A stretch of 21,426 nucleotides of DNA from an uncultured bacterium (GTDB taxonomy: Bacteria > Abyssobacteria > SURF-5), in the NCBI GenBank assembly GCA_964607485.1, contig CAZSKP010000033.1, positions 1 to 21,426 of the forward strand, in the 5' to 3' direction. Under the pieces are notes generated by a model. The model was not told the DNA's origin, searched no databases, and worked only from the letters and a program-made list of their open reading frames with translations. A program made the translations under genes and the position numbers. Below are positions 15,227 to 21,426 of the stretch, piece by piece. The first letter of the stretch is position 1, and every line of letters starts with the position of its first letter.

Positions 15227-16783
15227 ATGCTCATTGGAGATTTGTTGCGGAGAAATTGCACGCTGTTTCCGGATAGAGCAGCCTTCATATTCGAGGGCAA
15301 GCGCTTCACATGGCCCGAAGCCGACGAGCGCGTGAATCGGCTGGCCAACGCGCTCATAGGCATGGGAATAAAACGCGGAGACCATGTGGCCATCCTCTCC
15401 AAGAATTGCAACGAATACTTGGAGACATATTTCGCCTGCGGCCGGAGCGCTTCCATTTGCACGGCCTTCAACTATCGGCTCACTCCGCACGAACTCGAGT
15501 ACGTTATCGACAATTCGGAGTCGAAGGTCGTCATCGTGTCGGACGAGTTTCTCGACACGCTCAAGGAGCTCCGCCCCAAACTCAGGATGGCGGAACACTA
15601 CATCGTCATCGGACAGGCGCCGGAGGGAATGAAGAGTTCCGAAGAGGTGATAGCCTCGGCTTCTCCCGACAAGCCGGAGGTCGAACAACACGAGGACGAC
15701 GTGGTATTGCAGATGTACACCAGCGGCACCACCGGCCTGCCAAAAGGGGCGATGCTCACGCATCGCAGCCTGTTGACCAATGCGGTCGGCTGTTCCTTCG
15801 GGATGCAGCTTCAGCAGGGCGACTGCATCCTCATGGTTGCGCCTCTCTACCATATGGCCGCGGGCATGTGCTCGCTCGCAGTCATACTTCAGGGCGGCCC
15901 CATCCTTTTGCATCGCGACTTCAATCCGGTGGCCATATTGGATGACATGGAAGGCGGCGAGGTCACCTCCGCACTTCTCATCCCCGTGATGATAAACTTC
16001 CTCCTGCAGATGCCCGACATCGAAAAGCGAGACTTCAGCCACATACGGGGCATCATATACGGAGCTTCCCCGATGCCGGTCGAGCTTCTGCGCAAGGCGC
16101 TGGAGATCTTCAAGTGTGATTTCATACAGGGCTACGGACAGACCGAGTCCTCGGCCGTTTTGTGCGTGCTCAGGCCGGAAGACCACGTGCCGGACGGAAC
16201 GCCCGAACAGCTCAGGCGGCTGGGCTCGGGCGGCCGGGAAGTCTTCGGCACACAGGTTCGCGTGGTAAACGAGAACGGAGAGGACGTGAAGCCGGGCGAA
16301 ATCGGCGAGGTGATAGGACGCGGCCACAACGTGATGAAGGGATACTGGAAGATGCCCGAGGCCACCGCCGAGGCCATTCGCGACGGCTGGCTGCACACCG
16401 GCGACCTGGCCACCGTGGACGAGGCCGGTTACGTCTATATCCTCGACCGGGTGAAGGACATGATAATCTCCGGAGGCGAAAACATATACTGTCGCGAGGT
16501 CGAGGAGGTGCTGTACACACATCCGGCGATCGCCGACGCGGCCGTGATAGGCGTTCCGGATGAGCATTGGGGCGAGACGGTGAAGGCGTTCGTCGTGTTG
16601 AAGAACGGCCAAGAGGCGACCGACAAAGAGATAATCGACTTCACACGCAAATATCTCGCGGGTTTCAAGCGGCCGCGCTCGGTCGAGTTTGTCGAGTCAC
16701 TCCCTCGCAACCTCAGTGGAAAGGTGCTGAAGAAAGTTCTGCGCGAGCCGTACTGGAAGGACCAGGACCGGGGGGTGCACTAG
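15227..16783 (+). CDS. Long-chain-fatty-acid--CoA ligase (AMP-binding, FadD-like)
   Basis: YTSGTTGLPKG, PLYH, YGQTE, GWLHTGD, DRVKDMIISGGEN and LPRNLSGKVLK. Start ATG 15227 after SD GGAGG. Confidence 0.95.
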   Translation: MLIGDLLRRNCTLFPDRAAFIFEGKRFTWPEADERVNRLANALIGMGIKRGDHVAILSKNCNEYLETYFACGRSASICTAFNYRLTPHELEYVIDNSESKVVIVSDEFLDTLKELRPKLRMAEHYIVIGQAPEGMKSSEEVIASASPDKPEVEQHEDDVVLQMYTSGTTGLPKGAMLTHRSLLTNAVGCSFGMQLQQGDCILMVAPLYHMAAGMCSLAVILQGGPILLHRDFNPVAILDDMEGGEVTSALLIPVMINFLLQMPDIEKRDFSHIRGIIYGASPMPVELLRKALEIFKCDFIQGYGQTESSAVLCVLRPEDHVPDGTPEQLRRLGSGGREVFGTQVRVVNENGEDVKPGEIGEVIGRGHNVMKGYWKMPEATAEAIRDGWLHTGDLATVDEAGYVYILDRVKDMIISGGENIYCREVEEVLYTHPAIADAAVIGVPDEHWGETVKAFVVLKNGQEATDKEIIDFTRKYLAGFKRPRSVEFVESLPRNLSGKVLKKVLREPYWKDQDRGVH

Positions 16784-16810
16784 GTTCAGGGCTTCGAGTT
16801 CAGGGTTTAC
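16783..16810. repeat. Degenerate heptamer run filling a convergent gap
   Basis: GGTTCAG GGCTTCG AGTTCAG GGTTTAC between two facing stop codons. Confidence 0.5.
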
Positions 16811-17940
16811 TCGCCGATGCTTCTGTGTTCCACCGTACATCTGGCGAGAGCGGCTTCGTCCAGACGCACACCCAGACCATATCCCTCCAGCGGTGAAGCG
16901 ACCCCGTTCAGACCGAATCCCAGACGCGGAAGGGCGATGTCGGCGCTGAGCAGATGCCGATTGTAGGAGCCCTCGCAATGGATGAGGTCGGGGACGGCGA
17001 AGGCGAAGTGGCGGCCGGCCGCCGCAAGCACCGAGGTTTCGCCCACCAGACAGCCGAGCTGGCATTTCAATGAATTCTCTCGCGCGGCCTCCACGAGCTT
17101 CAGCGAACCCGTGATGCCCCCGCACTTCGCCAGGCGCACGTTGAAGATGTCGCATGCGCCCATCTGCGCGAGGAGGAGCGCGTCGCTCAGGCTGCAGACC
17201 GATTCGTCCGCCATCACCGGCACGGAGCTTCGCTCGCGTACGAACCGCATCCCCTCGAAGTCTCTGCCGGCGACCGGTTGCTCGACCGAAGAAATGCCGA
17301 ACTGCTTCAGCCTCTCGATTCTCTCGACGGCCTCCTCAGGCCGCCACGCGCAGTTGGCGTCGACCCTGATGTTGACGCTGCTTCCCATGATTTTTCTGAC
17401 GAGCGCGAGGCGAGCCTCGTCGTCGCCGACGCCCACTTTGACCTTTACGTCCGAGAAGCGGGCGAGCTTCAGCTTCAGGGCGGTCTTCGCGGTTGACCAG
17501 CGTTCTTCTCCCGATATGGGTCCCGTGTAGTGAACCTTCTCCCTCTTCAATTCGCCCACCGCGCTGGAAGCCGGCCTGAGGAAATGTTTTCCCGCAATGT
17601 CAATCATGGCTAGGTCCACCGCGCAGAAAGCCGCCTCGAGCGACCTCTCGTGACTCATCACGACCATGTCGGAGAGGAAACTGAGCACGTGTTCGAAGTC
17701 GGTGAACTTCGCCCCGACTATGCGGGGAGCGAAGCTGCCGGACAGGGTATCCATGACCGATGCGGGCGTCTCGCCGGTGAGGTACTCGCGGGGAATCGTT
17801 TCGCCGATGCCCGTCATCAAGCCGTCGGACCGTACGCGCACGACGACGTTCTCGCCTTCCTCGCGGCCGGCCTCGGCGTGGACATACTTCCGCTTAAACG
17901 GAATTCTTATCCTGAACGCTTCGAGCTGTGTTATCCGCAT
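16807..17940 (-). CDS. Enolase-superfamily enzyme, muconate-lactonizing/dipeptide-epimerase subgroup, atypical active site
   Basis: N-terminal capping domain (G-x-GE-x-x-PREY-x-TGET), KVK, metal ligands DAN / EQP / ADES, and NVRLAKCGG. Confidence 0.9.
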   Translation of the reverse strand: MRITQLEAFRIRIPFKRKYVHAEAGREEGENVVVRVRSDGLMTGIGETIPREYLTGETPASVMDTLSGSFAPRIVGAKFTDFEHVLSFLSDMVVMSHERSLEAAFCAVDLAMIDIAGKHFLRPASSAVGELKREKVHYTGPISGEERWSTAKTALKLKLARFSDVKVKVGVGDDEARLALVRKIMGSSVNIRVDANCAWRPEEAVERIERLKQFGISSVEQPVAGRDFEGMRFVRERSSVPVMADESVCSLSDALLLAQMGACDIFNVRLAKCGGITGSLKLVEAARENSLKCQLGCLVGETSVLAAAGRHFAFAVPDLIHCEGSYNRHLLSADIALPRLGFGLNGVASPLEGYGLGVRLDEAALARCTVEHRSIGE

Positions 17941-18796
17941 TTTTCCAAATTTTGGCGAACACGCCGTACTGCACCGGGTCCTGTGTTATGTATGTTTCGA
18001 ACCGTCCGGCGTATGCGCTCATGAGCCGCCGCAACGACTCTTCGTCGTCCGGCATGTCGTCCGTGTAGATCGGCTCTTCGAAGGTGATGAGGAATGTGTT
18101 GCCCGGCTGCCGCTTTATGTACGCGGGTATCAAGGGCGCGTGCGCCCTTATTGCGAACTTGGCCGGACCCTTGGGGAAGATGGCCGTATGGCCGAAGAAG
18201 GTCGTCTCGACGCCTCCCTTGGTCGTGACCCTGTCGCCGAGAAGAACGAGTATCCCATTGTTTCGAAGGGCGTCGTAACCGCCCTCGAGCGCGTTTTTGG
18301 TGTAAATCGGACGCGCCCCGGCCCTGATGCGTGGACGCAGGAACAGTTCGTTCACCCTCGCGTTCTTGTGGGGCGCCACGATGACGTACGTGGGATAGCC
18401 GCGCAGCGCCAGACACGCAAGGCCCAGCTCCCAGTTGCTGTAGTGCGCCGAGACGACGATAACTCCTTTGCCCTGCTTCAGCGCGGCGTCCACGTGTTCG
18501 AGCCCCACGATTCTCACGTGCGAATCGAAATACTCGCGGTCGAGCTTCTTCATCCGGAAGAACTCGGCCAGGTACAGGCTGAAGTGATAGTAGGTCTGCT
18601 TGACCGCCCTGTCGAGGGCTTTCCCCTCGAGAGCTCCGCCCGTGATCACGCGCAGGTTCGTCCTCACGGCGGCGCGGCCCCTCCTGTCGAAGAAGTGGTG
18701 AAGGTCGGCGATGCGTCTTGCTATCCAGTACAGCGGCCGCAGCGGAAACACCGTGGCAAGGAATTCTGCGCCGAGGTACATCAGGTATTCAAACAT
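17894..18796 (-). CDS. Lipid acyltransferase, LpxL/HtrB/PatA-like family
   Basis: GLEHVDAALKQGKGVIVVSAHYSNWE (H-x4-E), LLGDR, FFG-x4-FPKGPA and I-x-x-DP-x-QY; N-terminal membrane anchor. Confidence 0.9.
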   Translation of the reverse strand: MFEYLMYLGAEFLATVFPLRPLYWIARRIADLHHFFDRRGRAAVRTNLRVITGGALEGKALDRAVKQTYYHFSLYLAEFFRMKKLDREYFDSHVRIVGLEHVDAALKQGKGVIVVSAHYSNWELGLACLALRGYPTYVIVAPHKNARVNELFLRPRIRAGARPIYTKNALEGGYDALRNNGILVLLGDRVTTKGGVETTFFGHTAIFPKGPAKFAIRAHAPLIPAYIKRQPGNTFLITFEEPIYTDDMPDDEESLRRLMSAYAGRFETYITQDPVQYGVFAKIWKNADNTARSVQDKNSV

Positions 18797-18821
18797 CGTC
18801 TCCGGCGGGCAACATGCCCCG

Positions 18822-19649
18822 TTAGCGCGTGGTCCCTATCTGCATCCAGTTGACAATGTCTTTTGCGACCTCGCCGGGTTTCTCAAATTGCAGCGAGTGG
18901 TTGCACCCCGCATATATAGTAACCTTTTTGGGGTCTGTCTTCAAAGATTCGAACATCTTCTGTGTGCGCGCGTTATCGACAATTGCGTCGTGCTCCGCGA
19001 GCAGCGCCTGTGTGGGCGCGGTCCACTGATACCCCCTTTTCTTCAGAAGCCTGTCGAGCCTAACGCTCTCTAAGTAGAAGCGGGCCGTCACCTTGCGAAG
19101 CCGAAGGGGGTCGTTGGCGATGTATTGCAGATACCGGGGAATGGATGTGAACATCTCGTCTGTGATGGGAATCGGATGCAGCGCGCGCGGCCGGAACAGC
19201 GCATCGAAGGCGATGGCGAGCCTTTCGCCGATACTGGGCATGACGCGCGGAAAGATGCCGGGCGAGATCAGCGCTATCGTCGAAAAAATTCCCGGGTGAA
19301 GCATATCGACGGCGACAGCCAGCTTGGCGCCCCACGACAGGGCAGCCGCGTGGACGCTCCCGTGCGGCTCCCTCACCGCGCCGACACAGCACACGACGTC
19401 GTCCACCAACTGGCGGAAATCGCCACAATGGCCCCGGCGCTCCGCGTTCATGCCCGAGCCCCGGCGGTCAGGCGCGTACACGGCAACGTTCATCCCCGCA
19501 ATCGCTTCGGCGCACTCGGAGAACCATTCCGAGTGGCTCTCGATGCCGTGCAGATACACAAGCGCGTCGGGATGAGGTCCGTTCGACCACTGGCGATATC
19601 TCAGCGCGACGCCGTCGCCCGCCTGATATTCTCGCACGTGAGAAGGCAT
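18822..19649 (-). CDS. Alpha/beta hydrolase (lysophospholipase/monoacylglycerol-lipase-like)
   Basis: LHGIESHSEWF, DRRGSG, nucleophile elbow ALSWG, EHDAIVD (Asp) and NHSLQFE (His). Confidence 0.9.
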   Translation of the reverse strand: MPSHVREYQAGDGVALRYRQWSNGPHPDALVYLHGIESHSEWFSECAEAIAGMNVAVYAPDRRGSGMNAERRGHCGDFRQLVDDVVCCVGAVREPHGSVHAAALSWGAKLAVAVDMLHPGIFSTIALISPGIFPRVMPSIGERLAIAFDALFRPRALHPIPITDEMFTSIPRYLQYIANDPLRLRKVTARFYLESVRLDRLLKKRGYQWTAPTQALLAEHDAIVDNARTQKMFESLKTDPKKVTIYAGCNHSLQFEKPGEVAKDIVNWMQIGTTR

Positions 19650-19747
19650 GGGATTTCACCGAATTCGGACACGTCTTATGCGACGCCTGCACAGGCGCGG
19701 GGCCTTGCGCCCGCACGAACTTCAAAGAATCAGTCTCTCCTCGGGGA

Positions 19748-19756
19748 ATTATAGCA
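19748..19756 (-). promoter_or_regulatory. Extended -10 promoter element for the hydrolase operon
   Basis: TGcTATAAT about 100 nt upstream of ATG 19649; no recognisable -35. Confidence 0.55.
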
Positions 19757-19773
19757 CATTAACGGGCAGGCGG

Positions 19774-19805
19774 GCCGAGCCCTGAGCTTGCCGAAGGGTC
19801 GAGGC
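19774..19805. repeat. Nested GAGC-N-GYCGARG small repeat
   Basis: GCCGAGC[CCTGAGCTTGCCGAAGG]GTCGAGGC: the inner and outer parts share the same pattern. Confidence 0.5.
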
Positions 19806-19861
19806 CGTAGATTCGGCACTGTCCCCTGGAAACAACAAGAAGGAAAAGAAAAATCGATGGG

Positions 19862-19943
19862 AACCACGGATGGACACAGATAATCACGGATCAAATATCG
19901 AAGTGAATTTCTTTATCTGTGCCATCAGCGTGCATCTGTGGTT
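19862..19943. repeat. Intergenic inverted-repeat element, 3x CACRGAT per arm
   Basis: CACGGAT 19865, CACAGAT 19875 and CACGGAT 19885 face ATCTGTG 19915, ATCAGCG 19924 and ATCTGTG 19934; AACCAC/GTGGTT termini; 23-nt loop. Confidence 0.8.
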
Positions 19944-19970
19944 TCAAGAAAAAATCTGTGGGTGGCTTGT

Positions 19971-19997
19971 CTGGATTCCCGCGTGAGCGGGAATGAC
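19971..19997. repeat. ATTCCC-N8-GGGAAT palindrome (dRS3-like)
   Basis: CTGG-ATTCCC-GCGTGAGC-GGGAAT-GAC. Confidence 0.65.
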
Positions 19998-20069
19998 TCC
20001 CGATTAGGTCGGGGGCAGGCATTTGAGGTGTGCATCTATAAATTAGTGGGTCTGTCCCTATTTAATAAT

Positions 20070-20110
20070 GCGGAAGAGGTGGTCCGGGTTCGTTCGACCA
20101 CCTCTTCCGC
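20070..20110 (-). terminator. Hairpin, probable terminator of the 20765-20160 gene
   Basis: Perfect 15-bp stem GCGGAAGAGGTGGTC / GACCACCTCTTCCGC with an 11-nt loop, about 50 nt past the stop. The flanks are A/T-rich but the U-tract is weak. Confidence 0.7.
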
Positions 20111-20159
20111 TCTTTCTCGTTGCGTGTGTGCTCACACGTTATTACTAAGAGAAGACGTC

Positions 20160-20765
20160 CTACCTTCGACCACGGCCTCGATCATCCCGTCGGTCTTCTC
20201 TTTGGTTTTCTCTCTGATCTCTTCGCTCTTCTCTCCGCTCACCCATTCGGTCATCCCGTCGGTCTTCCCGTCTTTCTTCTCTCCATCTAAAATTTCGGCC
20301 TTCCGGGTATCGGGTCTGTCGGTACCTTGACTTGTCCCAACGTTGGTTCTGTTCCCATCTCCACCAGTTTCTCTGAAGATCAGGATGAGAGATGCGGTCA
20401 TAGTTCCATTCCCGGCCTCTCCAATGATGATCCCTGTATTCATCTCTCCAATGCGAAGGTATTCTCCTCAGCTCGTATGGAGGATTCCTGTAGAGACCCC
20501 AGCCTTCGTTATAGTGCCGTGAACGATACCAACTTCCTCTCCATGGACGCCACCAATAGCCTTGAAAGAAGAAGAGGTCTTCAGGCACGTCCGGAGCAAC
20601 GTAAACATACGTACCCGGTATCACCACCACGTTCGGCGGTCCGGCAAATGCGATTACCGGCGGAAGGTTAATCCCGATACCGATGTTTACATCGGCGACT
20701 CCTGCGTTCGAAAAACCCATCAGTAGGAACAAGACTACCACCGCACTCACTATTGCTTTTCTCAT
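20160..20765 (-). CDS. Secreted hypothetical protein, Pro/aromatic-rich core with Arg/Asp/Glu low-complexity tail
   Basis: SD-like GAGGAGG/GGAG before ATG 20765; signal peptide MRKAIVSAVVVLFLLMGFSNAGVA; core VNIGIGINLPP...PGTYVY...GYWWR...WYRS; tail EDRRDDR twice (17-bp direct repeat at 20182 and 20251). Confidence 0.8.
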   Translation of the reverse strand: MRKAIVSAVVVLFLLMGFSNAGVADVNIGIGINLPPVIAFAGPPNVVVIPGTYVYVAPDVPEDLFFFQGYWWRPWRGSWYRSRHYNEGWGLYRNPPYELRRIPSHWRDEYRDHHWRGREWNYDRISHPDLQRNWWRWEQNQRWDKSRYRQTRYPEGRNFRWREERREDRRDDRMGERREERRDQRENQREDRRDDRGRGRR

Positions 20766-21006
20766 TTCTCCATCCTCCTCCACAACATCCTGTCGATGAA
20801 GCACTTAGCCGCTCTGGCCACCTGTACGGACTGGAACGCCTCTGCAGCCTCATTTCATCTTTAACTCAATATGTCATGCAGACCGTGAATTGGAAAGTGC
20901 GTTGAAAACCCTCCTTTCTGAACTGGGAAAACCCTCGGTCCACCGAGGCCTCGTTTCCTAAGACGAAGATGGCCGGGAATATATTCATGAACGGATGAGG
21001 TCAGCT

Positions 21007-21034
21007 ATTTCGGATTTGGGGTTGCGGATTGAAG
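21007..21034. repeat. Heptamer tandem repeat (ATTKNGG-like, 4 units)
   Basis: ATTTCGG ATTTGGG GTTGCGG ATTGAAG. Confidence 0.55.
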
Positions 21035-21106
21035 GGATTTGTCCGCGAAGGAGCGCGGGAAGGACGCCCGATCCGGCTGTGGACAGGCATCTGAGGAATG
21101 CCTTCA

Positions 21107-21426
21107 TCAAAAGTTGATTCGGCCGCGGTAGCGTTTGACCTTTTTGGTCACGTCGAGGGCGTGGCTGGGACAAAGCTCCATACAGCAGAAACAGGAGATG
21201 CACTTGTCGGGATTCACGTGCGGATACGGGTTCAGCGTGATGGCGCCGACGGGGCAATGCTCCTCGCACATGCCGCACTTCGTGCACTTCTCTTCGACGG
21301 GTACGGGACGGCTGATCATCAGGTGCGTCAGCATTCTCCAGCCTATATGGCCGAAGGGGCCGCGCATGAGTTTCGACGGCAGCTTGAACTTCTCAATCGG
21401 CGTCACCGGCCCGATCGTCTCTATCG
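21107..21426 (-). CDS. 3' end of a 2x[4Fe-4S] ferredoxin-domain protein, probably DUF362 family (partial)
   Basis: CTKCGMCEEHCP and CISCFCCMELCP preceded by FKLP; the frame is open to the window edge, so 21406 is probably not the true start. Confidence 0.8.
   Translation of the reverse strand, partial: IETIGPVTPIEKFKLPSKLMRGPFGHIGWRMLTHLMISRPVPVEEKCTKCGMCEEHCPVGAITLNPYPHVNPDKCISCFCCMELCPSHALDVTKKVKRYRGRINF

Noticed and set aside
14873..16612. 579-aa antisense ORF, and similar ones at 1769-2662, 2584-3747, 5799-7151, 7121-7975, 12468-13364 and 17666-18853
   Set aside because: These are shadows of well-supported genes on the opposite strand in GC-rich DNA and show no family motifs.
19862..19943. 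CRISPR array or IS ends among the repeats
   Set aside because: Units are 7-10 nt with no unique spacers; there is no cas or transposase gene and no clear target duplication.
19938..20671. ORFs 19938-20330 (+), 20132-20443 (-) and 20327-20671 (+)
   Set aside because: They are translations of repeats, or alternate and antisense frames of the low-complexity secreted protein gene.
21104..21109. TGA read-through (selenocysteine) in the ferredoxin-domain gene
   Set aside because: Tandem TGA TGA follows a complete domain with all Cys ligands present; it is an ordinary double stop.

Overview
GC-rich bacterial chromosomal window with about 17 CDS and no rRNA, tRNA, CRISPR array, transposase or integrase that I can recognise. 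On the + strand from the left: a DUF72 protein, an acyl-CoA dehydrogenase, a D-2-hydroxyacid dehydrogenase, an HDOD protein, a 2-TM hypothetical protein, a purple-acid-phosphatase-type metallophosphoesterase and a crotonase-family enzyme. The centre is an envelope glycosylation cluster: two GT-C-type membrane glycosyltransferases and a CBS-pair protein on the - strand, divergent from a TMTC-like TPR glycosyltransferase. Next come a half-size GDT1/TMEM165 gene, a 111-aa orphan and an acyl-CoA ligase. A - strand three-gene unit follows (alpha/beta hydrolase, LpxL/PatA-type acyltransferase, atypical enolase-superfamily enzyme), then a secreted Trp/Arg-rich protein and the 3' end of a 2x[4Fe-4S] (DUF362-like) gene. 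The most notable observations are: (1) two neighbouring genes each with a consensus sigma54 promoter, the second starting with a FliM-like Q-x-E-I-D-x-L peptide; (2) the hydrolase-acyltransferase-enolase operon, whose enolase lacks the usual epimerase residues; (3) a fully tiled 71-nt four-hairpin palindrome just upstream of a glycosyltransferase that appears to start at ATT; (4) several distinct small intergenic repeat families. All family calls come from motif recognition by eye; no database search or folding program was run.
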